Below, one piece after another: positions 46,028-55,080 of a DNA stretch of 64,000 nt. The notes below the pieces were generated by a model that searched no databases, was not told where the DNA came from, and saw only the letters and a list, made by a program, of their open reading frames with translations. Numbering within the stretch: position 1 is the stretch's first letter; each line of letters begins with the position of its first letter. The translations under genes were made by a program, and so were the position numbers. The DNA comes from a virus. Lineage: Duplodnaviria; Caudoviricetes. The stretch lies in the IMG/VR virus record IMGVR_UViG_3300037067_007090, positions 23,831 to 87,830 of that record; one strand, written 5' to 3'.

Positions 46028-46931
46028 TGTTGGTGTTATTGGTGTGGGTATGATGGGGAAGAATCATGCTCGTGTTTATTCGGAATTAAAAAATGTGGAT
46101 AATTTATTTGTGACTGATATAAATGAAAGTGTTGCAAAAGAAGTGGCGACGAAAAATAACGGAATATATTGCGCATCGATAGATAATCTTTTAGAAAAAG
46201 TTGATGCAGTCAGTATTTGTGTTCCAACGCAGTATCATTATGAGGTGGCAAAGAAAGTAATCGAATCTAATATACCCCTGCTGATCGAAAAGCCAGCCTG
46301 CGAATCTGTTTTAGACGCCAAACAATTAATAGAAATGACTCCTTCTGGGTTGATTTGTGGGGTCGGGCAAATTGAAAGGTTCAACCCGATTGTTAAAGAA
46401 ATAAAAAAGATAATTGATTCACCAATATACATTGAATCTAAACGTCATAACCCGGCATCCGCGCGTGTTACTGGATCTGTGGTTTTGGATCTTATGATTC
46501 ATGATATTGATGTTGTGTATAATTTATTGGACTGGAAACCGACAGAATATATTTACAGTTCTGGGAGCAATGATATTTGTGGCGCGCTATTAGATTTTGA
46601 TAAAACAACAGTTTATTTATCTGCAAGCAGAAAAGCGTCAAAGAAGATTCGAAGTATATACATTGAACAGGAAGATTATACAATCGAAGGTGATTATATG
46701 ACACAGGAGATTACTATTTATAGTAAGCCCGAACGATATAATATGAATAATAATAAATACACAAGGGAAGGAATAGTTGAAAAAGTTATGGTTCCAAAGT
46801 TAGAACCTCTTAAAGAGGAATTATCTACATTTCTTAATTGCGTTGAAACAAAAATGTCTTTCCCAGTAACATTGGAGCAGGGATTGAGAAATCTTAATAT
46901 CGCGCATAAAATAGAGTCGGGGTTAAATTGA
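46020..46931 (+). CDS. Gfo/Idh/MocA oxidoreductase (WbpB-like 3-dehydrogenase)
   Basis: GVIGVGMMGKNHAR, LLIEKP, VGQIERFNP, DLMIHDID. Confidence 0.9.
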   Translation: MLNVGVIGVGMMGKNHARVYSELKNVDNLFVTDINESVAKEVATKNNGIYCASIDNLLEKVDAVSICVPTQYHYEVAKKVIESNIPLLIEKPACESVLDAKQLIEMTPSGLICGVGQIERFNPIVKEIKKIIDSPIYIESKRHNPASARVTGSVVLDLMIHDIDVVYNLLDWKPTEYIYSSGSNDICGALLDFDKTTVYLSASRKASKKIRSIYIEQEDYTIEGDYMTQEITIYSKPERYNMNNNKYTREGIVEKVMVPKLEPLKEELSTFLNCVETKMSFPVTLEQGLRNLNIAHKIESGLN

Positions 46932-48310
46932 TGGAGACCATTGGTGTTGTGGGTATGGGTTACGTGGGCATTCCTGCTGCAATGTTGTTTGCCGACTCTC
47001 CATATTATAAAAAGGTGTATGGATTTCAGCGCAATTCAAAAAATTCTGGTTATAAAATCGAAATGTTAAACGATGGTCGGAACCCTTTGAAGGGTGATGA
47101 ACCGGGGTTATCGGAACTAATACGACGCGTTGTTCACGATAAGAAATTTTTATGTACATCCGATTTTAGTAAAATTCGAGAATGCGATGCAGTCACAATT
47201 TCAATTCAAACTCCTTTTAAAAACAAAGATGATTTGATCCCAGATTTTTCTGCATTGTTTGATGGTGTTAAAGAAGTTGGAAAAAATATAAAACCGGAAA
47301 CTTTGGTGGTGTTGGAGTCAACTGTTACCCCGGGGACAACTGTGGGAATAGTCAAAGACATTCTTGAAACAGAATCGGGGTTGGTCGTGGGCAAAGATTT
47401 TTATCTGGCACATGCCCCAGAGCGGGTTATGGTAGGACGGCTCATAAAAAATATTCGGGAGTATGATCGTATTGTTGGGGGCATTAATGAAGCGAGTACG
47501 AACCGCGCCGTGGATTTGTATACACTACTTCTTACTAAAGGCAAACTAATAAAAATGAGTGCAACAGCAGCAGAAGTTACAAAAACCGCAGAGAACACTT
47601 TTAGGGATTTACAAATCGCGGCTGCTAATCAATTGGCGTTATATTGCGAAGCAATGGGAATAAATATTTATGATGTGCGGAATGGGATAAACTCATTAAA
47701 AGGAGAAGGGGTTTCGCGTGAAATCCTGATGCCGGGTGCGGGGGTTGGTGGGCATTGTCTTACAAAAGATACTTACCATTTGGAACGCGGTGTTAAATTA
47801 AGCGGGGGGCTGGATTATCCAGAAGGTGTGGAGTCACTATTTGTTTCCGCAAGACATTTAAATGATTTTATGCCGGATCATATTTTTAATTTGGCTGTTG
47901 ATGGTTTGAAACGCGTTGATAAAGAAATTCATGGTTCAAAAATTGCTATTCTTGGTTGGGCATTTATTGCAAATTCTGATGATGATAGAAATACCCCGTC
48001 GGGAAAATATAGGGATTTGATTGTTCAATCAGGAGGGGAAGTCGTTATTCATGATCCATATGTCGCATCACATTATAATGCAACTATTGAACGTGATATA
48101 AATCGCGCCCTTAAAAATATAGATGCTGTTGCAATAATGACTGGGCATAACATGTATAAAAATTTAACGCCAGAAAACATACCGGGGAATAAAGTTGTGA
48201 TAGTCGATGGCAGAAATGTAATCGATCCAGATACATTTATTAATAAAGGTTTTATTTATAAAGGCGTTGGGCGCGGAGACAAGAATGACCACCCAATAAA
48301 GGAGTTTTAG
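46928..48310 (+). CDS. nucleotide-sugar 6-dehydrogenase (UDP-GlcNAc/ManNAc dehydrogenase, WbpA-like)
   Basis: GMGYVGIP, ESTVTPGTT, HAPERV, KTAENTFRD, GVGGHC, DDRNTP. Confidence 0.92.
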   Translation: MMETIGVVGMGYVGIPAAMLFADSPYYKKVYGFQRNSKNSGYKIEMLNDGRNPLKGDEPGLSELIRRVVHDKKFLCTSDFSKIRECDAVTISIQTPFKNKDDLIPDFSALFDGVKEVGKNIKPETLVVLESTVTPGTTVGIVKDILETESGLVVGKDFYLAHAPERVMVGRLIKNIREYDRIVGGINEASTNRAVDLYTLLLTKGKLIKMSATAAEVTKTAENTFRDLQIAAANQLALYCEAMGINIYDVRNGINSLKGEGVSREILMPGAGVGGHCLTKDTYHLERGVKLSGGLDYPEGVESLFVSARHLNDFMPDHIFNLAVDGLKRVDKEIHGSKIAILGWAFIANSDDDRNTPSGKYRDLIVQSGGEVVIHDPYVASHYNATIERDINRALKNIDAVAIMTGHNMYKNLTPENIPGNKVVIVDGRNVIDPDTFINKGFIYKGVGRGDKNDHPIKEF

Positions 48311-50065
48311 ATGTGCGGCATTGCAGGTCAATATTGTATAGATGGTAAGACTCCCAATAAAGACATTTTATTCACAATGTCGCAAAAACTTGCACACAGA
48401 GGCCCGGATGGAAATGGAATATATTTAAATGGCAATGTTGGATTAGTTCACCGTCGTCTCGCCATTATAGATTTAACCGAAGATGGCGCGCAGCCGATGT
48501 CAAATGAAGATGGTTCTCTTATTATTACTTTTAATGGAGAGATTTATAATTACATTGAATTGCGCGAAGAATTAATAAAAAAGGGATATGTGTTTAAATC
48601 CGGTTCGGATACAGAGGTTATAATTCATGCCTACGAAGAATGGGGTAGTGCATGTGTAAATCGATTTAACGGCATGTGGGCGTTCGCGCTCTGGGATTCA
48701 AAAAGGCAAGAGTTATTCTGCGCGCGCGATAGGTTTGGAATAAAACCATTTTATTATACAAGGGTCGGAGATTCATTTTTCTTTGCTTCGGAAATAAAAG
48801 CGTTACCCAAATATTTTAATCCGAATGACAAAACGGTAAATATGTTCCTTGCGTGGGGGATGCAAGATTATTGTGAAGAAACGATGTTTGATGGAGTATA
48901 TCAAATTGAACCGGGTTTTGCTTTAACTGTTTCTAAATATGGGATATCTAAATATCATTATTGGATTCCCACGATAAATGAAAATATTTCTGGCGAATGT
49001 AATTACAAAAAATTGAGGGGTTTGATTAATAGTGCCGTTAGGCTTCATCTTCGAAGCGACGTTCCGGTTGGGTCGTGTTTATCTGGTGGGATCGATTCTT
49101 CTGTCATTGTTTCTATGATTGACACGGAAAATCAAAAAACATTTTCGGCAGTGTTTGGAAACGAAAAGTTTGACGAAAGTAAATATATAAATGAAGTTAT
49201 AAAAGATAAAAAGGTCGATTGCGATTTCGTTGAACCGACATCACAGCGATTGATAAAAGATATTGATGATTTAATTTATATTCAGGACGAACCGTTTGGT
49301 TCTCTGTCAATCTATGCACAGTATTGTGTTATGAGAAGTGCGAAAGATAAAGTAAAAGTTCTTTTAGATGGACAAGGGGCGGATGAATTATTTGCTGGAT
49401 ATCTTGGTTATCAGGTGGCATATATTAAAGGATTAATTAAATCGTTGCATCTCTGGGCAGCGGCAAAAGAGTCTGTGGGATTTATAAGACGGCATCACGA
49501 TTTTATTTTTAATTCAATAATGGAGACATATGCTAGGAAACGATATAGAAAGTGCTTGGGTGAGATTCCTATGTACGAGGATCGGTATAAACCACCGTTG
49601 AGTTGTGTATTGGAACGGGAGTTGATATCTACAAATCTCCCGGCGTTATTACATTATGAAGATCGCAATTCTATGGTGTTTTCCATTGAAGCGAGAGTGC
49701 CGTATCTTGATATAGATTTGATTGAATATGTTACCAGATTACCATTAGGCGAAAAAATTAGAAATGGTGTTTCAAAGTTTTCATTACGGAATTCTGTAAG
49801 AGGGATTATACCTGAATCTATCCGAACACGGAAAGATAAGATGGGGTTTGTTACACCGGAAGAAATGTGGATGAAGAACGAGTTGCAGGAATTTGTGCAA
49901 GGGGTTATAACATCGGAAAGTTTTAGAAGTAGAAAATACTGGGATTGGCAGGAGGTCAAAAAGTGTTATGATGAATTTGTTTCAGGTGAGATTGAGTATT
50001 CGTGGATTTTGTGGAGGACTGTTTGTACGGAACTGTGGTTGAGGAGGTTTATTGATAAGATTTAA
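48311..50065 (+). CDS. asnB: asparagine-synthase-like glutamine amidotransferase (probable sugar amidation)
   Basis: MCGIAG (Ntn Cys), HRGPDG, NGEIYN, RDRFGIKP, LSGGIDSS, DGQGADELFAGY, EARVPYLD. Confidence 0.9.
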   Translation: MCGIAGQYCIDGKTPNKDILFTMSQKLAHRGPDGNGIYLNGNVGLVHRRLAIIDLTEDGAQPMSNEDGSLIITFNGEIYNYIELREELIKKGYVFKSGSDTEVIIHAYEEWGSACVNRFNGMWAFALWDSKRQELFCARDRFGIKPFYYTRVGDSFFFASEIKALPKYFNPNDKTVNMFLAWGMQDYCEETMFDGVYQIEPGFALTVSKYGISKYHYWIPTINENISGECNYKKLRGLINSAVRLHLRSDVPVGSCLSGGIDSSVIVSMIDTENQKTFSAVFGNEKFDESKYINEVIKDKKVDCDFVEPTSQRLIKDIDDLIYIQDEPFGSLSIYAQYCVMRSAKDKVKVLLDGQGADELFAGYLGYQVAYIKGLIKSLHLWAAAKESVGFIRRHHDFIFNSIMETYARKRYRKCLGEIPMYEDRYKPPLSCVLERELISTNLPALLHYEDRNSMVFSIEARVPYLDIDLIEYVTRLPLGEKIRNGVSKFSLRNSVRGIIPESIRTRKDKMGFVTPEEMWMKNELQEFVQGVITSESFRSRKYWDWQEVKKCYDEFVSGEIEYSWILWRTVCTELWLRRFIDKI

Positions 50066-50093
50066 ATATTTTGGGAGCATATAAGATTATAGA

Positions 50094-50166
50094 AGGCTCG
50101 TAGCACAATCGGTGGTGCGTTGTTCTTATAAGGCAAAGGGTGTCAGTTCGATCCTGACCGAGCCTA
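50094..50166 (+). tRNA. tRNA-Ile (anticodon TAT)
   Basis: AGGCTCG/CGAGCCT acceptor, GCAC/GTGC D-stem, TTGTT-CTTATAA-GGCAA, GTCAG-TTCGATC-CTGAC, A73. Confidence 0.85.
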
Positions 50167-50169
50167 TCT

Positions 50170-50340
50170 ATGAAATCCACATTTCCGTTCTCAATACCGA
50201 TTGCAGATACATGGTATATCGAAGGTCATTCGTGCCCAAACTGTGAAAAGAAACTCGGTCTCCATAGTGATTTATATACTGATGGTATAGTTGAATCGTG
50301 TGGATACTGTGGATATACGAGAGAAATTAAAGGTGATTAA
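50170..50340 (+). CDS. small zinc-ribbon protein (56 aa)
   Basis: CPNC...CGYCG; below the ORF-track cutoff. Confidence 0.55.
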   Translation: MKSTFPFSIPIADTWYIEGHSCPNCEKKLGLHSDLYTDGIVESCGYCGYTREIKGD

Positions 50341-50347
50341 AATTGGG

Positions 50348-50794
50348 ATGTATGATTATATAGAATTAGACGTTGGTTGCCCAATCTGTGGTAATAGTAT
50401 CATTAACACTTTCCAAACAAAAGATTTGGCGTGTATGATGAATACATATCAGCCGGGTGATAAAGTTCCATCGGATTGTAGAAAAAGTAGTATTGTTACT
50501 TACACGACCTGCGACCATCACCGCGAGATAACTAAAATCGACGGCGAATTAATATTCACAATGATAACAGGATATTGGATAGAATATGAGATCCCAATTA
50601 TTGACGGAACAATAGTAAATGATCAAAATCTGTGGAAAAGGAAAGTAGAACCTACAGCGTATAATGCTTTGAGTGTTGCACCGGAAGGATATACAGAAGA
50701 AGAGTTGTATGCGATGGCGGAGAAGTTGAATGAAAAGATTGAGAAAGATATAAATATTATGAAAGCAGAAAGAATAATGAAAGGGGTTGTTTAA
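50348..50794 (+). CDS. hypothetical protein with CPICG motif
   Basis: MYDYIE..CPICG...FQTKD pattern recalled from phage proteins; GGTGA RBS. Confidence 0.6.
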   Translation: MYDYIELDVGCPICGNSIINTFQTKDLACMMNTYQPGDKVPSDCRKSSIVTYTTCDHHREITKIDGELIFTMITGYWIEYEIPIIDGTIVNDQNLWKRKVEPTAYNALSVAPEGYTEEELYAMAEKLNEKIEKDINIMKAERIMKGVV

Positions 50795-51039
50795 GATGTT
50801 TGTTAAAATTCGGAGTCTTGGATGGAAAGTGTTGATCGAAGAAGATGAATTGAATATTGAAGACGAAGAAACGGAAAGAAATTAGAGGTGACATCATGTA
50901 TGACGAAACGAGTAATTAAACCAATCGAAGATGGAATTAAAGGTGTTATTATGTGGGAAAGTGTTGCTACTTAAACAAGAAAAAATAAGATTTCTTTTTA
51001 ATTTTTATGTTTATTCAATCACTGTTGGATTTGATTTAA

Positions 51040-51243
51040 ATGAAAACCAAAATCGTCTCGTATGAAATTGCACACTGTAATTCATTATGCAGAAACTTCT
51101 ACCACAACTACGACGACGAGGAGAAGTGTTGGTGTTCGGTGTTAAATAAAAAGATTTTTGACGTTGATAATAATGTTGACATTTTTTGCGACTTGGTAGA
51201 AAGAGAGTTTCCGGAAGATTGTCCGTTGGATGAAAAGGTATAA
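51040..51243 (+). CDS. small Cys-rich protein
   Basis: C..C...C.VL...FPEDCPL. Confidence 0.55.
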   Translation: MKTKIVSYEIAHCNSLCRNFYHNYDDEEKCWCSVLNKKIFDVDNNVDIFCDLVEREFPEDCPLDEKV

Positions 51244-51323
51244 ATATTTAGCGAGCGTATATGGATATGTCAAGAGAATGGAAACACACAAGGGCAAATA
51301 ATACATTCTCTTGACAAACGAGA

Positions 51324-51394
51324 AGGGCTACAGTTTAGCGGATTAATGCCGGCCTTTGGAGCCGGCGGCGGGTGTTCGACTCACCCTAGCCCTA
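51324..51394 (+). tRNA. tRNA-Gln (anticodon TTG)
   Basis: AGGGCTA/TAGCCCT (A1-U72, as in archaeal tRNA-Gln), CCGGC-CTTTGGA-GCCGG, GGGTG-TTCGACT-CACCC. Confidence 0.85.
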
Positions 51395-51615
51395 TCCAGA
51401 AACCACGGAAGTGATATCACTGTGGAAGTATGGTCGTAGATTACGAACGTCAAGCGTAATTGAGGTAGAAGCAACCAAAATAACAATGCTACGTGAGTTA
51501 ATGTGCTATCACGTTAATCACCGCGCACCCCCCCCGTGCGGGATTACACCAATCGGGGCAGTAACAAGGTGGTTGAGGCGACCGGAGCCAAGAACCAAAA
51601 TCCGGATTAATTATT

Positions 51616-51735
51616 ACCAGAGAAACACAAAAGATGTGTTGTCAACTCGCACCGCGAGAACGGGATGCCAAGTTCCACAAGAGACCCAATCTCGCGCGAG
51701 AAATTGAATAATGAGTTCAAATCTCATCTCTGGTT
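51616..51735 (+). ncRNA. tRNA-like element with expanded interior (120 nt)
   Basis: acceptor ACCAGAG/CTCTGGT, T-arm ATGAG-TTCAAAT-CTCAT; interior of 3-4 short hairpins, no canonical anticodon loop. Confidence 0.6.
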
Positions 51736-51761
51736 TGCGCCTGCGTGTACACAAAGGCGTA

Positions 51762-51877
51762 AGGATAGGTTGCTAGTTGTTGAAAGACCACCTTTAGCCA
51801 ACATTAGACTGATTCGGTGAGCACCGTGGTTAGTAGGGTAATGTCCTGCGAATGAGGTTCAAATCCTCATTATCCTT
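51762..51877 (+). ncRNA. tRNA-like element with expanded arms (116 nt)
   Basis: acceptor AGGATAG/TTATCCT, T-arm TGAGG-TTCAAAT-CCTCA; long D-like, anticodon-like and variable-like hairpins. Confidence 0.6.
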
Positions 51878-51997
51878 ATATTATCAAATGTCAAATGGGA
51901 TATACCCTTTATTGGGACACATCTTTCATAGGATATACCCATTGACGAGTCAATTTAAATCAAAAAGTATTTATTCTTAAACATCCTATACATATTT

Positions 51998-52082
51998 GGC
52001 AGGGTGGCAAAGCGGTGAAAGGCCATCGCAGGCAATCACCTAATAGGTTGCTGATACGTGGGTTCAAATCCCACCCCGGTCA
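51998..52082 (+). ncRNA. tRNA-like element (85 nt) with aberrant anticodon arm
   Basis: own TATA ~51962-51980; acceptor GGCAGGG/CCCGGTC, Leu/Ser-like D-loop AGCGGTGAAAGGC, T-arm GTGGG-TTCAAAT-CCCAC; bulged central arm. Confidence 0.6.
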
Positions 52083-52161
52083 TCGGGTCTGGCACGCGGA
52101 AGATTCCTTTGGGAACCAGACCCGTTGTTCCTCATAAGCGTGGAAAGGGAACATATTAAAA

Positions 52162-52241
52162 GCAACAGTAGTTTAACTGGGAAAACGTAAGTGAGGCATG
52201 CCATTTGACTTACATTGTTGGTTCGAATCCAACCCGTTGCA
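52162..52241 (+). ncRNA. tRNA-like element (80 nt) with 15-nt anticodon loop
   Basis: GCAACAG/CCGTTGC, D-stem GTTT/AAAC, TAAGT-(GAGGCATGCCATTTG)-ACTTA, GTTGG-TTCGAAT-CCAAC, A73. Confidence 0.65.
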
Positions 52242-52246
52242 TTAAA

Positions 52247-52420
52247 ATGATATCTAATGGAATTAAATTATTAATTCCGGTTGGGTCTATTACCGGAGAC
52301 CCTATAGGATCAAGAAGATATATGGAGGTTGACCCTACCAACTATAGCAATTCGGTTTCTAGAAATATTCTCATTTTACCAGATGGATCGGAATGGGTAA
52401 ATCTTTATCAAAATCAATAA
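52247..52420 (+). CDS. small hypothetical protein
   Basis: ATG directly after the last tRNA-like element. Confidence 0.45.
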   Translation: MISNGIKLLIPVGSITGDPIGSRRYMEVDPTNYSNSVSRNILILPDGSEWVNLYQNQ

Positions 52421-52452
52421 TAGAAAGTTATATATACTATTAGTATTAATAT

Positions 52453-53556
52453 ATGAATATGATTAGAACAATCAAGTTGAAACTAAATGTTTCTTCTGAT
52501 GCGAAGATATCTCTTTTTAAAACAATGAGAGATTATACAACCGCATTTAATATTTGTTCAACTTGGGGGTTTGATAATCATACTGCTAATAAGATAGATT
52601 GCCATAAATCAACTTATTATAAAATTCGGGAATTGATACCCAATTTTCCCTCTTCGTTGGTTCAGTGTGCAAGAGATGTTGCTTGCGCATCTTTGAAATC
52701 GGTAAAGTGTCGATATAAACCGATTCGTAAAGAACATTCGGCAATGTTATATAATTCGCAGGTTATTAGGGTTTGTTTGGAATCTGGTTACGCAACTATT
52801 GCTACTTCAAACGGTAGAGTAAAAGTTGAATTTATAGTTCCGAAGTATTATATACCATATTTAACGTGGAAAATTAAATCATCTACACTGTCTCTTCGTA
52901 AGACTGGCAATATGTTTTATTTGCATTGTCAGATTGAAACGAATACTCCCAAAATCATTCCCGATCAAATGGTTCTTGGAATCGATAGAGGCATTATTAA
53001 CATTGCGGTCTGTTCCGACAACACATTTTTTAATTCCCGGGCAGTGAAGAATACGCGGTCGCAGTACGCATATCTCCGAGCTCAATTACAGTCTAAAGGC
53101 ACTCGATCTGCTAAAAGAAAGTTAAAGAAACTTTCCGGTCGAGAAAGACGGTTTGTGACTGATGTTAATCACTGTATCTCGAAGCAAATTATACAAACCC
53201 AATATACAGTATTCGCTCTTGAAGACCTTACTAAAATTCGGGTACAAAAACGACGCGGGAAAATTTTTAATCGAAAATTGAACAATTGGTCGTTCTTTGA
53301 ACTTGAACAGTTTATCCGGTATAAAGCCGAAAATCTTGGCAAGAGGGTTATATTTATTGATGCTCGTTATACTTCTCAAAAATGTTCAATTTGCGGGCAT
53401 GTCTATAAAGGCAATCGTAATGGTTCCTCTTTTAAATGCTGTAAATGTGGATTTGAACTTCATGCTGATCTCAATGCTTCTCGTAATATAGCTCAAGATG
53501 GTATATCTGTTTTGAGTAGGCTGCCTGTCAACCAGCCAAATGTAGCGTGTCTCTGA
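52453..53556 (+). CDS. tnpB: IS200/IS605-family TnpB RNA-guided endonuclease
   Basis: RTIKLKL, RuvC-I LGIDRG, RuvC-II ALEDL, CSICG/CCKCG zinc finger, RuvC-III ADLNASRNI. Confidence 0.92.
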   Translation: MNMIRTIKLKLNVSSDAKISLFKTMRDYTTAFNICSTWGFDNHTANKIDCHKSTYYKIRELIPNFPSSLVQCARDVACASLKSVKCRYKPIRKEHSAMLYNSQVIRVCLESGYATIATSNGRVKVEFIVPKYYIPYLTWKIKSSTLSLRKTGNMFYLHCQIETNTPKIIPDQMVLGIDRGIINIAVCSDNTFFNSRAVKNTRSQYAYLRAQLQSKGTRSAKRKLKKLSGRERRFVTDVNHCISKQIIQTQYTVFALEDLTKIRVQKRRGKIFNRKLNNWSFFELEQFIRYKAENLGKRVIFIDARYTSQKCSICGHVYKGNRNGSSFKCCKCGFELHADLNASRNIAQDGISVLSRLPVNQPNVACL

Positions 53557-53596
53557 CATAGTTACAAGCTTACGAAGAAATTTGTAAGCAGTTGAC
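53520..53596 (+). mobile_element. IS605-type right end / omega-RNA scaffold 3' end
   Basis: CCTGTCAACCAGCC, hairpin GCTTACG-AAGAAATT-TGTAAGC followed by AGTTGAC; putative guide starts at 53597. Confidence 0.7.
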
Positions 53597-53731
53597 GAAC
53601 GAGGTTCGCTATCTATTTCTACGAAAAATAATTACTATTAATAATCGTTTTTCGATTTGATTTACACCACTGGTTTTATATATTATAAACGCATATATCT
53701 ATTTTGGTTGCAGAGCAACCGGAGTTAAAAA

Positions 53732-54127
53732 ATGGCAAAATCTTTTATTAGAAATGTAGATGGCATTGGGATTTGGGTAAGAGAAACAACTTATGATAAA
53801 GCAAATCTTGTCAATATAATTGTTTTCGCATTGGCGGTATTCTGTTCTTTTCTTTGTGAATGTCTATGGGTAAATGGTAAGTCTATTTGGGGCATTGCAA
53901 TGAGTGCTTCATGTTGCGCGTGGATATCACTCACATTTGATTTAATTACATATTTACCTGCCTATGAAGTATATCCGGGATCTGATGTGGGAACAACTAT
54001 TATCAAAACCACCCCCGAAGCAGACCAACTCGCAATCTGCAAAGCCGCAAAAGAAATCGAAGCGCAATGCCACGATATAGCAGCAAAGCGTAGAGAGTTA
54101 GATAGGATTGCAGGAAACTGCAAATAA
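53732..54127 (+). CDS. membrane protein
   Basis: two TM segments, GGAG RBS. Confidence 0.6.
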   Translation: MAKSFIRNVDGIGIWVRETTYDKANLVNIIVFALAVFCSFLCECLWVNGKSIWGIAMSASCCAWISLTFDLITYLPAYEVYPGSDVGTTIIKTTPEADQLAICKAAKEIEAQCHDIAAKRRELDRIAGNCK

Positions 54128-54170
54128 TCTTTTTTAGAAATAATTAAATAGTTTTGACACATATACTATT

Positions 54171-54401
54171 TTGATGTCAAGAACACTTCGTATCTACAAC
54201 CGCATCATTAAAAAAGCACATCGTTATACATTAGGACTTTTCGACCGTGCCGTTCATAAGTATGGTTTTGCATTCCATCCATACCGCGCGCTCTGTATGG
54301 GGCATTGTGGATCTTGTAAAAACCCGGAACTAGATCAGAAACATCAAAGGAAAATAAGGAAGCAAGAATTTCGGCGCGCGCTTTCAATGGAGTTAGCATG
54401 A
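54171..54401 (+). CDS. small basic protein
   Basis: CMGHCGSC motif; TTG/ATG start uncertain. Confidence 0.55.
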   Translation: MMSRTLRIYNRIIKKAHRYTLGLFDRAVHKYGFAFHPYRALCMGHCGSCKNPELDQKHQRKIRKQEFRRALSMELA

Positions 54402-54658
54402 AAGTTTATTTGGTTGGAACTAAAGATTGTGAAGAAACAAACACACGATACATTTGTATTTTCAAAAATACCGCATTAAAATTATGGGAAGAATTACGCC
54501 AAGAATTAATAGAACGCGCAAATAATATACTTGAAAAATATTCTAATGACAAAACAGAATTGAGAAATCTGGAAAACCTTTCTGAAATAGACCCGGAAAA
54601 AATGGATAATTATCCGCAAGAAGAACCTTTCATTCAAGAAATGGAAACTGAAGATTAG
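54398..54658 (+). CDS. hypothetical protein
   Basis: ATGA overlap; GGAG RBS. Confidence 0.6.
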   Translation: MKVYLVGTKDCEETNTRYICIFKNTALKLWEELRQELIERANNILEKYSNDKTELRNLENLSEIDPEKMDNYPQEEPFIQEMETED

Positions 54659-54948
54659 AAAAGTTTCCCCCCTTTCTTTTCCAACCATTCGAGATTTAAT
54701 GGTTTATCTATTGTTTCAAACTTCAACCCGCCAACCTTCCATTCTTTCTGTGGAAGTCGGAATAATTTCCTGATGTCGTTTTCAATAAGGAATAAATATG
54801 GTTTTAAATTTAAGCGTGGTTTTTTTACCTTTGTTTTTATAATTGGTGATTCTTCTCGTGGTTTTGGTTTTTCTACAGGTGTATCACCTTTTTGTAGTCG
54901 TGCGTAACGGTCACGAAGTTTTGCCATTTCTTCTTCACGGGTTGCCAT
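54655..54948 (-). CDS. hypothetical protein
   Basis: GGAG RBS. Confidence 0.6.
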   Translation of the reverse strand: MATREEEMAKLRDRYARLQKGDTPVEKPKPREESPIIKTKVKKPRLNLKPYLFLIENDIRKLFRLPQKEWKVGGLKFETIDKPLNLEWLEKKGGKLF

Positions 54949-55080
54949 TTTATTTCTCCTTCAAATTATAACACGATTCACAAATACAGCATTCAAAACA
55001 TTCTTTTGATTTTTCGTTATGCGTTCCAAAGCATTGCGGCAATTTAATTTTGTCCATTTTAATCCGGTTTGATTTGTCTT

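Noticed and set aside
51411-51707. 98-aa plus-strand ORF (GTG start)
   Set aside because: Overlaps densely paired RNA structure and a tRNA-like element; no RBS and no protein-like features.
51998-52241. Intron-containing tRNAs (bulge-helix-bulge)
   Set aside because: In 51998-52082 both 3-nt bulges fall on the same strand. In 52162-52241 the enlarged loop has no YU at 32-33 and no BHB, so splicing to a canonical tRNA is not supported.
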